From positions 12,524,001 to 12,588,000 of the forward strand of contig OZ038378.1 in the NCBI GenBank assembly GCA_964036045.1: a DNA stretch of 64,000 bases, written 5' to 3'. Both the position numbers and the translations under genes were made by a program. Source of the stretch: Eutreptiella sp. 'Long Island Sound 2002' (Eukaryota; Protista; Euglenida). The notes beneath the pieces are model-generated. The model saw only the letters and a program-made list of their open reading frames with translations. It was not told the DNA's origin and searched no databases. How positions within the stretch are numbered: position 1 is the first letter of the stretch; each line of letters begins with the position of its first letter. Of the stretch, positions 52,112-62,744 are shown in pieces.

Positions 52112-54134
52112 CTTCAGATGGTGGAGGGGTATAAATACGGCTCATTCGCATACCATCGGCCTCATTGATAACATGTCGCCAGACACCACTTTGCATATCG
52201 AAATAGGGGATGTGCAAATACAACGCCAGTGGGTTCTGTCGCATGACACCATCGATTTGCAATTGTAGACTGACAATGAACTTGTTCCTGTGTTCCGATT
52301 GCATTGAATGTAATTTTGGATACCAAACAAACGCAAGTGTTAATAGCACAGATGCATCACTTGGCATATTCATTGGTATGTCAAATTGCCCAGGCAATGC
52401 ACCCATGTATTCGGTGGGATTTGGTAGCCACACTATAAAGGGACCTGAATATGACACATTGTTTTTGAGAAATGCCAGTGCGAATGTACTATTTTCCTTG
52501 CCATCCACTGACACATACTGCCAGCCATTTTTACTATACACCTTGTGATGCTGCAGATTGACATCTTCCATGTGTAGAATTTCACGTGCGTCAATCCCAC
52601 ATGCAAGCAGCGCATTTCTGACATACACCAGAAGTTGAAGTGGTGTTACATCTAAGTACCATGCCTCTGGTACACACAATGGATTTCCGAGCGCCCAGGG
52701 CTGATGCCTTCCCCCGCAGGCAACACACGCCGCGTGGCGCCATTCGTTTTTATGGCGCAACTGATTCTCGAACCATGTGCGCATGGATTCGGATTTTACA
52801 AGCTGTAATTGCAATGCCTTGCCTTCTTCGTGTATCACAATCAGGCACCTGGTCAAAAGAGGTCGGATATCCTGTCTGATACACTCGACCAACGCGTTGT
52901 TGGTTGCACACATTGCCTCAGTTGAACTATACGACATACCCATCTGCACACTGAAAATTTCTGGAAAAACGCGCTGCATAGGAGAGACAAAATCTGTATG
53001 TTTTTTGCCAGTACCACACACAATGGTACCAAAGCGTAACAGGAATGCGACGCTCTGGGATTCCCAGCTGCTGTCACCACCAGCATCAACAGCAAAGTGC
53101 AGACAAAACCTATGCAATGCGACTGTGACAGTGGCATCGCTTTCGTGCATTTGAAATAATGCCCTCGCATGTGCAAAAATGTTGTACAGGCACACCATAT
53201 CCTTCACCAAAAGGTTACCTGTTTTAGATAAATGCCTGACAATTTCCATGGCTTCCAAAACACGTGGATGGCGCTTGAGTGCACCTTCAGGTGCTGACGA
53301 CGACACAACACTGAAACATCCACGGATATGTTCAATTAATAAGGTCCGAATCATGTCATCGGAGACAGCATCCACAAAAAGGCGATGCATAAGGTCAAAA
53401 AATGCAGTCACTACACATTGGTCACGCACACGCTCCCTGAAAAAGTCAACATATGTAACGCAAGCACAGTTCTGTTCAGCAAGCTTATTGGACAAAAAAC
53501 CACACAAATCTGCATCAGTATAAACATCAAGGTTAACAATCTGATCCCTCAGTGCAGTGATGCGGCACAAAATCAAGCGCAACCGCTTGATTGTAGCTTT
53601 GTCACCCGAAGCCATGCGTGATCCGCGTTTGATACGCTGCACAAAAGAATCAGGAAAATAATTTTGTAATATTTGCCTCAGCACACTCACCAAGTGTGTA
53701 TCACCCCCAATACTGTCAACCACCTTCCAAACATCAGGGTACGCAGAACGATCAGCCTGTTCCTTATCGTGAAGTTCTAATTCAGTATGCCTGGCTTTCA
53801 ATGCAATTTTTCGCTCCCAATCATCATCCTCCAACTTCCGCTTCCAGTTGCGCTCGGCCTCCTCAACCTTTTGCTGTTGTAAACGATCTTCTTCCTCAAT
53901 CATCCGACGGGTCCGTCTTTTCTCTGCATCATGAGTGTTTTGTTCAATCCAAAACATTTTTTGCATTCGCAACAGCCTTTCCCAATTTTCAATGTATCTC
54001 TCTTGAAGGGCAATCTGCTGTTCATCAATACCATGGATAGGCAGCAACTGAAAAACGGAACATGAAGAAACAAAGCACAGATATACAAATATAGACACAC
54101 AACGAATAGACGGCACGTTGGCGCACACATGCAT
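52095..54134 (-). CDS. Hypothetical protein with N-terminal charged coiled coil
   Basis: 679-aa ORF; EEEDRLQQQKVEEAERNWKRKLE. Confidence 0.75.
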   Translation of the reverse strand: MHVCANVPSIRCVSIFVYLCFVSSCSVFQLLPIHGIDEQQIALQERYIENWERLLRMQKMFWIEQNTHDAEKRRTRRMIEEEDRLQQQKVEEAERNWKRKLEDDDWERKIALKARHTELELHDKEQADRSAYPDVWKVVDSIGGDTHLVSVLRQILQNYFPDSFVQRIKRGSRMASGDKATIKRLRLILCRITALRDQIVNLDVYTDADLCGFLSNKLAEQNCACVTYVDFFRERVRDQCVVTAFFDLMHRLFVDAVSDDMIRTLLIEHIRGCFSVVSSSAPEGALKRHPRVLEAMEIVRHLSKTGNLLVKDMVCLYNIFAHARALFQMHESDATVTVALHRFCLHFAVDAGGDSSWESQSVAFLLRFGTIVCGTGKKHTDFVSPMQRVFPEIFSVQMGMSYSSTEAMCATNNALVECIRQDIRPLLTRCLIVIHEEGKALQLQLVKSESMRTWFENQLRHKNEWRHAACVACGGRHQPWALGNPLCVPEAWYLDVTPLQLLVYVRNALLACGIDAREILHMEDVNLQHHKVYSKNGWQYVSVDGKENSTFALAFLKNNVSYSGPFIVWLPNPTEYMGALPGQFDIPMNMPSDASVLLTLAFVWYPKLHSMQSEHRNKFIVSLQLQIDGVMRQNPLALYLHIPYFDMQSGVWRHVINEADGMRMSRIYTPPPSEVMVPQ

Positions 54135-54309
54135 ACTGATGCGTTGTCAGGTGTCGCAACAATGGGCGTGTTGCTGAGCAATGTCAGTTGATCATCTGAG
54201 CGGTTCATTTGCCTCCAGTGCCACTTTTTGGTGTTCTGAGAGATGATGAAGATGCTTGGAGCGTTGATTGATGTATGCATACATGCATGTCATCATTAAT
54301 CGCATATTA

Positions 54310-54612
54310 TTAATAACATATCCACGCCTCATCATAGAACGCCCTTTGGTTGATGCATTTTCGTACAGTGGTCTTCACAAACTCGCGCTGAGTGGTGCTT
54401 TCAATCTCATATGTGAATTCAGTGTCGGCCAAAACTTTCGTCTCCATATCTTCCAGTACAAAACCGGTGTTCTCCTTCGTGTCTGTAAGTCTGCGCACTT
54501 GACTCTGTATGTGGTATTGCACGTCTTTCTTGTTGTATTCTTTTCCTGGGGTGGAAACATGGCAACAAGGCAGGAATAGGATGGCAAGGAGCTTATATGT
54601 CCATATAACCAT
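54310..54612 (-). CDS. Small hypothetical protein
   Basis: 100-aa ORF with charged helical composition. Confidence 0.4.
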   Translation of the reverse strand: MVIWTYKLLAILFLPCCHVSTPGKEYNKKDVQYHIQSQVRRLTDTKENTGFVLEDMETKVLADTEFTYEIESTTQREFVKTTVRKCINQRAFYDEAWICY

Positions 54613-54665
54613 AGATATATAAGCATATCAGGGCATAATCAGTGCAATGAAATAAAACCGTGTTC

Positions 54666-55328
54666 GGTATCAGGGTGCTGTCAACAATGTAGTATCAGGG
54701 TGGTATCAGCGTGCTGTCAACAATGTGGTATCAGGGTGGTATCAGGGTGCTGTCAACTCGGGGTGCTGTCAACAATGTGGTATCAGGGTGGTATCAGGGT
54801 GCTGTCAACAATGTGGTATCAGGGTGGTATCAGGGTGCTGTCAACTCAGGGTGCTGTCAACAATGTGGTATCAGGGTGGTATCAGGGTGCTGTCAACAAT
54901 GTGGTATCAGGGTGGTATCAGGGTGCTGTCAACAATGTGGTATCAGGGTGGTATCAGGGTGCTGTCAACAATGTGGTATCAGGGTGGTATCAGGGTGCTG
55001 TCAACAATGTGGTATCAGGGTGGTATCAGGGTGCTGTCAACAATGTAGTATCAGGGTGGTATCAGGGTGCTGTCAACAATGTGGTATCAGGGTGGTATCA
55101 GGGTGCTGTCAACAATGTAGTATCAGGGTGGTATCAGGGTGCTGTCAACAATGTGGTATCAGGGTGGTATCAGGGTGCTGTCAACAATGTAGTATCAGGG
55201 TGCTGTCAACAATGTGGTATCAGGGTGGTATCAGGGTGCTGTCAACAATGTAGTATCAGGGTGGTATCAGGGTGCTGTCAACAATGTAGTATCAGGGTGC
55301 TGTCAACAATGTAGTATCAGGGTGGTAT
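54666..55328 (+). repeat. Modular minisatellite, main unit 36 bp (TGCTGTCAACAATG + 2x TGGTATCAGGG), ~18 units
   Basis: Direct reading; 12-aa periodicity in all three frames; variants drop or truncate modules. Confidence 0.97.
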
Positions 55329-55424
55329 TATTTTGATTAAACCTGCGGTCGTACAGGTCAATTATACGCATTCGTTGTAGCTTGTTTCTGTTGGCTGTTG
55401 TTTTTCTCGTAGCGGTACTCCGTC

Positions 55425-55955
55425 ATGGGTGTGGTTTCGTCGGTAATTATGTCCATACCAATAATGTTCAAATGGGCACCAGCTGTCTGTTTGTGTCTGA
55501 TGATCAATGAATGCATTGATGTTTACATTAAAATGGCGCATATGATATCTCTACATCCGTCTGTGGCGATGTTTGGGGCTTCCTGCATGGCGATGGTTCT
55601 GATGGTGGTCCCGCCCGACTTCCTAAATGCGTTCATTGCCGCCAAGGACACCATATGTCACCTCAAATTACTGGTGGTTGGTGACGCAGAAATGGTGACA
55701 CTGGAACGAATGTCCACAATATACAAGACAATGCGCCGATACGTTTTCCAACCCGCTCGTCTACTGTGTCTATTCTGTCTGATTGTATGTAGTAGTGCGT
55801 TCTTCAGTGGACTATGTGGGACAACATTGCTTGTGTATTCTGTGCTGGGCTTTGTGTACAAGAAATGTCTCAAGCAAAAGTCGCGGTTTGATCGGCGACA
55901 ACACCAGTGTGCTGGTGTGGATGTATTTCATCAGGTACACATCAATTGCTATTAG
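55425..55955 (+). CDS. Multi-pass membrane protein
   Basis: 176 aa, about four hydrophobic segments. Confidence 0.55.
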   Translation: MGVVSSVIMSIPIMFKWAPAVCLCLMINECIDVYIKMAHMISLHPSVAMFGASCMAMVLMVVPPDFLNAFIAAKDTICHLKLLVVGDAEMVTLERMSTIYKTMRRYVFQPARLLCLFCLIVCSSAFFSGLCGTTLLVYSVLGFVYKKCLKQKSRFDRRQHQCAGVDVFHQVHINCY

Positions 55956-55982
55956 CATGCTTAGTTGTTGGTAGCACCACGA

Positions 55983-56315
55983 TCACGAACAAATACCTGA
56001 TTTCCGAACGCCATTTTTGAAGAAATCGGGAAAGGAATTTCTGATCAGATTCCGCTTCCATATTTTAATAGTTGTGTCACACCTAGACTCAGTTGCAGCC
56101 AATTGCCAATCAATTGAGGCATCACCCGTGAGCAAAGATGTGATATCCACCAAGCTGTGGTTATCATACGTATTCAGAAATGCCTTCTTCAATGAGTCCA
56201 TGAGTAGGAGAACAACTTGCAAAAAAAGACACAAAATACTGAAGAGCTTATACAAATAGCACCACACCACAACAACCCTATAGACTCTCTCCAGCCAATG
56301 TCCCACGACAAACAA
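55983..56315 (-). CDS. Small hypothetical protein
   Basis: Protein-like part MDSLKKAFLNTYDNHSLVDITSLL... Confidence 0.35.
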   Translation of the reverse strand: MFVVGHWLERVYRVVVVWCYLYKLFSILCLFLQVVLLLMDSLKKAFLNTYDNHSLVDITSLLTGDASIDWQLAATESRCDTTIKIWKRNLIRNSFPDFFKNGVRKSGICS

Positions 56316-56317
56316 AA

Positions 56318-59300
56318 ATTGCGCACACTGGGAACCTTAGTGACACTGTGTATTTTTTCTGAGCCAAAAGGGTATAGGGGTGTGTATTTGTGCTGACCGT
56401 GCGCAACATTGCAATATTGCGCACACTGGGAACCTTAGTGACAATGTGTATTTTTTCTGAGCCAAAAGGGTATAGGGGTGTGTATTTGTGCTGACCGTGC
56501 GCAACATTGCAATATTGCGCACACTGGGAACCTCAGTGACACTGTGTATTTTTTCTGAGCCAAAAGGGTATAGGGGTGTGTATTTGTGCTGACCGTGCGC
56601 AACATTGCAATATTGCGCACACTGGGAACCTTAGTGACACTGTGTATTTTTTCTGAGCCAAAAGGGTATAGGGGTGTGTATTTGTGCTGACCGTGCGCAA
56701 CATTGCAATATTGCGCACACTGGGAACCTTAGTGACACTGTGTATTTTTTCTGAGCCAAAAGGGTATAGGGGTGTGTATTTGTGATGACCGTGCGCAACA
56801 TTGCAATATTGCGCACACTGGGAACCTTAGTGACACTGTGTATTTTTTTTTAGCCAAAAGGGTATAGGGGTGTGTATTTGTGATGACCGTGCGCAACATT
56901 GCAATATTGCGCACACTGGGAACCTTAGTGACACTGTGTATTTTTTCTGAGCCAAAAGGGTATAGGGGTGTGTATTTGTGATGACCGTGCGCAACATTGC
57001 AACATTGCGCACACTGGGAACCTTAGTGACACTGTGTATTTTTTCTGAGCCAAAAGGGTATAGGGGTGTGTATTTGTGCTGACCGTGCGCAACATTGCAA
57101 TATTGCGCACACTGGGAACCTTAGTGACACTGTGTATTTTTTCTGAGCCAAAAGGGTATAGGGGTGTGTATTTGTGCTGACCGTGCGCAACATTGCAATA
57201 TTGCGCACACTGGGAACCTTAGTGACACTGTGTATTTTTTTTGAGCCAAAAGGGTATAGGGGTGTGTATTTGTGCTGACCGTGCGCAACATTGCAATATT
57301 GCGCACACTGGGAACCTTAGTGACACTGTGTATTTTTTCTGAGCCAAAAGGGTATAGGGGTGTGTATTTGTGCTGACCGTGCGCAACATTGCAATATTGC
57401 GCACACTGGGAACCTTAGTGACACTGTGTATTTTGTTTGAGCCAAAAGGGTATAGGGGTGTGTATTTGTGCTGACCGTGCGCAACATTGCAATATTGCGC
57501 ACACTGGGAACCTTAGTGACACTGTGTATTTTTTTTGAGCCAAAAGGGTATAGGGGTGTGTATTTGTGCTGACCGTGCGCAACATTGCAATATTGCGCAC
57601 ACTGGGAACCTTAGTGACACTGTGTATTTTTTTTGAGCCAAAAGGGTATAGGGGTGTGTATTTGTGCTGACCGTGCGCAACATTGCAATATTGCGCACAC
57701 TGGGAACCTTAGTGACACTGTGTATTTTTTCTGAGCCAAAAGGGTATAGGGGTGTGTATTTGTGCTGACCGTGCGCAACATTGCAATATTGCGCACACTG
57801 GGAACCTTAGTGACACTGTGTATTTTTTCTGAGCCAAAAGGGTATAGGGGTGTGTATTTGTGCTGACCGTGCGCAACATTGCAATATTGCGCACACTGGG
57901 AACCTTAGTCACACTGTGTATTTGTTCTGAGCCAAAAGGGTATAGGGGTGTGTATTTGTGCTGACCGTGCGCAACATTGCAATATTGCGCACACTGGGAA
58001 CCTTAGTGACACTGTGTATTTTATTCTGAGCCAAAAGGGTATAGGGGTGTGTATTTGTGATGACCGTGCGCAACATTGCAATATTGCGCACACTGGGAAC
58101 CTTAGTGACACTGTGTATTTTTTTTGAGCCAAAAGGGTATAGGGGTGTGTATTTGTGCTGACCGTGCGCAACATTGCAATATTGCGCACACTGGGAACCT
58201 CAGTGACACTGTGTATTTTTTCTGAGCCAAAAGGGTATAGGGGTGTGTATTTGTGCTGACCGTGCGCAACATTGCAATATTGCGCACACTGGGAACCTCA
58301 GTGACACTGTGTATTTTTTCTGAGCCAAAAGGGTATAGGGGTGTGTATTTGTGCTGACCGTGCGCAACATTGCAATATTGCGCACACTGGGAACCTTAGT
58401 GACACTGTGTATTTTTTCTGAGCCAAAAGGGTATAGGGGTGTGTATTTGTGATGACCGTGCGCAACATTGCAATATTGCGCACACTGGGAACCTTAGTGA
58501 CACTGTGTATTTTTTTTGAGCCAAAAGGGTATAGGGGTGTGTATTTGTGATGACCGTGCGCAACATTGCAATATTGCGCACACTGGGAACCTTAGTGACA
58601 CTGTGTATTTTTTTTGAGCCAAAAGGGTATAGGGGTGTGTATTTGTGATGACCGTGCGCAACATTGCAATATTGCGCACACTGGGAACCTTAGTGACACT
58701 GTGTATTTTTTCTGAGCCAAAAGGGTATAGGGGTGTGTATTTGTGCTGACCGTGCGCAACATTGCAATATTGCGCACACTGGGAACCTTAGTGACACTGT
58801 GTATTTTTTCTGAGCCAAAAGGGTATAGGGGTGTGTATTTGTGCTGACCGTGCGCAACATTGCAATATTGCGCACACTGGGAACCTTAGTGACACTGTGT
58901 ATTTTTTTTGAGCCAAAAGGGTATAGGGGTGTGTATTTGTGCTGACCGTGCGCAACATTGCAATATTGCGCACACTGGGAACCTTAGTGACACTGTGTAT
59001 TTTTTCTGAGCCAAAAGGGTATAGGGGTGTGTATTTGTGCTGACCGTGCGCAACATTGCAATATTGCGCACACTGGGAACCTTAGTGACACTGTGTATTT
59101 TTTTTGAGCCAAAAGGGTATAGGGGTGTGTATTTGTGCTGACTGTGCGCAACATTGCAATATTGCGCACACTGGGAACCTTAGTGACACTGTGTATTTTT
59201 TTTTAGCCAAAAGGGTATAGGGGTGTGTATTTGTGCTGACCGTGCGCAACATTGCAATATTGCGCACACTGGGAACCTTAGTGACACTGTGTATTTTTTT

Positions 59301-59985
59301 TGAGCCAAAAGGGTATAGGGGTGTGTATTTGTGCTGACCGTGCGCAACATTGCAATATTGCGCACACTGGGAACCTTAGTGACACTGTGTATTTTTTCTG
59401 AGCCAAAAGGGTATAGGGGTGTGTATTTGTGCTGACCGTGCGCAACATTGCAATATTGCGCACACTGGGAACCTTAGTGACACTGTGTATTTTTTCTGAG
59501 CCAAAAGGGTATAGGGGTGTGTATTTGTGCTGACCGTGCGCAACATTGCAATATTGCGCACACTGGGAACCTTAGTGACACTGTGTATTTTTTCTGAGCC
59601 AAAAGGGTATAGGGGTGTGTACTTGTGCTGACCGTGCGCAACATTGCAATATTGCGCACACTGGGAACCTTAGTGACACTGTGTATTTTTTTCTGAGCCA
59701 AAAGGGTATAGGGGTGTGTATTTGTGATGACCGTGCGCAACATTGCAATATTGCGCACACTGGGAACCTTAGTGACACTGTGTATTTTTTTTGAGCCAAA
59801 AGGGTATAGGGGTGTGTATTTGTGCTGACCGTGCGCAACATTGCAATATTGCGCACACTGAAAACCTTAGTGACACTGTGTATTTTTTTTGAGCCAAAAG
59901 GGTATAGGGGTGTGTATTTGTGCTGACCGTGCGCAACATTGCAATATTGCGCACACTGGGAACCTTAGTGACACTGTGTATTTTT
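56318..59985. repeat. Tandem array of ~37 x 98-bp units, each with a 26-bp imperfect palindrome
   Basis: Unit ACTGGGAACCTTAGTGACACTGTGTATTTTTTCTGAGCCAAAAGGGTATAGGGGTGTGTATTTGTGCTGACCGTGCGCAACATTGCAATATTGCGCAC; ORF track repeats every 98 bp. Confidence 0.99.
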
Positions 59986-60155
59986 AAAGGGGAAAGGATC
60001 GATTCAGCAAAAAAAAAGATTCGGGCAAATCGCCTATAGCAGGAGACGCCCATACCATAACCTCGGCATGGACATATGCTAGACATACAGGCCGGTTATA
60101 TGGCATTGGGTATATATCAGGAGAAATATTTATAAAAAAAACCTGGGTCGGCAAC

Positions 60156-61952
60156 TCATTGCTCGAGTAACGAATCAATTCTGTTTTTTATATCCTGCAT
60201 AGCTGCGTGAAATGCGCTCTTTTCATTGTGCGATGTGTACATTGCACTGGCGTCTCTTTTGAGTAGATCCCAGTCACTCACTTCAAATACAAAAGGTGCC
60301 GCTAAATATGATGCAAGCTTCTTCCATTTGGACGCGTCATTCCTGTGTGTATTTGGAATGAATGGTACGTTGCTGATTAGTCCTGCAATGTCATCATGTC
60401 TTAGTCGACCGTATGTGTGTGTAGTTACCGCTGGTGTTGCATGTCCTACGAATTTGCTTATACCTTCCCACGTTACCCCATTCATGAATAGCATCTGGAT
60501 GACTGTATGACGAAATGTATGTGGATGGGCATGTGGTAGGTGCAGTATACCACAACGATTAAAAATATTGCGACATATGGTACTGATGTAGCCAGTACCC
60601 ACTGAGTCCATATTGTCAGATGTAAATTGACATTTCGCTGGAAAGATGTAGGAGCGGGAACCTTGTGGCCTCCGACGTCCTGTCTCTCTGTACCAGTGTG
60701 TAAGCAAAATGCGGCAGGTCTGTGTCAGTGCAACCCGCTGTATGTGGTTGTTTTTTTCTGTTGTCCACAGAAAACGAGGTGGCTGTTGGTGGTCTGTGTT
60801 GTCGTTGACGCCATCATTATCTTTGCACCACTGTAGTCGACATATTCCTCCAATACGTAGTCCTGTTGTCAGAAAGAGCATCAGAACTAATCTCTCCAGT
60901 GTGGTGTTTGTGCAGCTCACCATGCGGTGTACTTCCTCTGACGAGAAAGAGTATACACGTTCATGTGACGGAATATCTTCACCAATTGCTTCATGACACC
61001 ATCGACCCTGTATTTGTGCAATCACCGTTTTTTTGTCTGCACTGGTTTCGAAGGAATGACACTCTGATGCCGCAGCATCATCACAGATCAGGGAATGCTG
61101 TTTCAGTCTATTTGTTGGTATTTTGGGCCCTGGTCCCCTCAAGATTGCAGTATGTAGTATACCGAGATATCGCATGTGCCGCTGTATGTGTTCAATTGAC
61201 ACACGATAGTTTCTTTTTGTCATCATCGAATTATAAGAAGCTAGGATGTCCAGTGATGATATATTTCGGAGTGCAGTCCATGTTATTGAGTGGTCGCCAT
61301 GGTCACATGCCGGAATGCCCCTCTCTTCAGGACAATGAGTGAGAACAGAGTTGTAGAAACACAAGACGGACTGTAATGTCTTTTTTGATACTCTTTTGAG
61401 TGTACATATCAACTCTTCAGCTATTTCGCATATGATATCATACCATGTTGTTGTTCTACGTACTCGGATTGGTATGCAGCAGTGTAACAAAAATTTGTTG
61501 TTAGCAGATGATTTGGTCAGAATTGATATACAGGAACCGGGTCGCAAAAGTGGACATATGCCATACGCGATTTCAGTCAGGCCGAGTGCCACAAGAGCCC
61601 TGCACAGTCTGCTGCGAGTGACGCGTGACCATTTACGGGACCAATTGTGTCTGGTGCAGAGTGAATTCCATGCTTCGCAAGCCGTTTCCCGGTTGAGGGA
61701 ACGAAGAATCTCTTCGTCTGTTCGGTGGTGCTTTCCAGGGCCAGCCTCACCTTCTGCGCACAACACAAATTCGTTGATGAGACGAATAAGATTCGTTATA
61801 CGCCGTTTTTTTGTAAAAATCTTTGCTGCAGAGAGTGTTTTCTCTAACCGTTTTTGCCAATCTGTACAGGGGTGTGCTGGTCTGGGTATATACAGGGTCA
61901 TTTGACATACTGGACCCTTTGACATCTTAGGCATAAAAGGAAACGTCCACAA
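60156..61952 (-). CDS. Tyrosine recombinase 7 (subfamily A)
   Basis: TGLRIGG, EKNN, AHPHTFRH, FVGH, HTYG. Confidence 0.92.
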   Translation of the reverse strand: MWTFPFMPKMSKGPVCQMTLYIPRPAHPCTDWQKRLEKTLSAAKIFTKKRRITNLIRLINEFVLCAEGEAGPGKHHRTDEEILRSLNRETACEAWNSLCTRHNWSRKWSRVTRSRLCRALVALGLTEIAYGICPLLRPGSCISILTKSSANNKFLLHCCIPIRVRRTTTWYDIICEIAEELICTLKRVSKKTLQSVLCFYNSVLTHCPEERGIPACDHGDHSITWTALRNISSLDILASYNSMMTKRNYRVSIEHIQRHMRYLGILHTAILRGPGPKIPTNRLKQHSLICDDAAASECHSFETSADKKTVIAQIQGRWCHEAIGEDIPSHERVYSFSSEEVHRMVSCTNTTLERLVLMLFLTTGLRIGGICRLQWCKDNDGVNDNTDHQQPPRFLWTTEKNNHIQRVALTQTCRILLTHWYRETGRRRPQGSRSYIFPAKCQFTSDNMDSVGTGYISTICRNIFNRCGILHLPHAHPHTFRHTVIQMLFMNGVTWEGISKFVGHATPAVTTHTYGRLRHDDIAGLISNVPFIPNTHRNDASKWKKLASYLAAPFVFEVSDWDLLKRDASAMYTSHNEKSAFHAAMQDIKNRIDSLLEQ

Positions 61953-61977
61953 ATGTGGTTCTACACATTAAAAAGGA

Positions 61978-62721
61978 ATGGAAGAGAGGTATGGATTGTA
62001 CACATGCAATCAATTCACATGGCCCATACACAGACATTTTGGATTTCATCTTGCAACAAAGAGAAAACATATACTTCAACACCAGCAACACCACCAGACA
62101 CTCCGCAGGTTGGATTCCTCGTTGTGTAACGCAGACAGATATGCCGTGCAGGCAATTCTACACATGGCAAGGCATTTCTATCAACAGGGGACAGCCGTTG
62201 GCTTGCTCCGCTGTGATCCCGGTAGTCTGAATCCTGAAACACGGTTTTCGGACATGATGGTCAACTTTTGGCAATTGGTTGAGAGTGGTGATAATGTATT
62301 TAATAGGCATACTACTGTTGTATCGCTGGCTCCAGTCAGATCTGGTAGTGGTAGGTACATAGTTGAGCTGCATGATGAAAGTACTGGAAGGCTGTCGCAC
62401 ATACGAGTCAAAAATGCAACACACGCTGCTCACAAGCTTTTGCCATACGTTGCTTCGATGACCCTGTCCCATTTGTGGGGTCCGCGCTTTGTGTGTGAGA
62501 TAATCGATTTTATACATGCCAGCAAGGCAGACAATGCGCTTTCAGTATCACTATTGATTAAAGAACATATGAGATCACTAGATGCGGACAATTTGTCGGA
62601 TGTTTTGCAACCCCTACCAGTTGTTGGTACATATATCAACCCAATTTTGAAAAGTATCATCCGTTGGACCCGCAAACAGCTTACAAAATGGATCCAGTCA
62701 TCAACAATCCTTGAAAGGTAG
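61978..62721 (+). CDS. Hypothetical protein
   Basis: 247-aa ATG ORF, divergent from recombinase 7. Confidence 0.6.
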   Translation: MEERYGLYTCNQFTWPIHRHFGFHLATKRKHILQHQQHHQTLRRLDSSLCNADRYAVQAILHMARHFYQQGTAVGLLRCDPGSLNPETRFSDMMVNFWQLVESGDNVFNRHTTVVSLAPVRSGSGRYIVELHDESTGRLSHIRVKNATHAAHKLLPYVASMTLSHLWGPRFVCEIIDFIHASKADNALSVSLLIKEHMRSLDADNLSDVLQPLPVVGTYINPILKSIIRWTRKQLTKWIQSSTILER

Positions 62722-62744
62722 ATTGCTGTAATACATAGCTGAAT

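Noticed and set aside
54700-55314. Three repeat-protein ORFs in the 36-bp array
   Set aside because: All three frames are open because the unit has no stop; the 11- and 25-bp variants shift frames freely, which argues against coding
56318-59985. 98-bp array as a CRISPR array
   Set aside because: Units are near-identical over their whole length, there are no unique spacers, and no cas gene is recognisable
56337-60086. Dozens of 61-aa ORFs (MRNIAMLRT...)
   Set aside because: They are translations of the repeat, overlap each other and are broken by T-run length variants
7434-61952. Naming the recombinases xerC/xerD or a RIT element
   Set aside because: Only the generic catalytic motifs match; sizes, N-terminal regions and eukaryotic-virus context differ, and no dif-like site or RIT inverted repeats were seen
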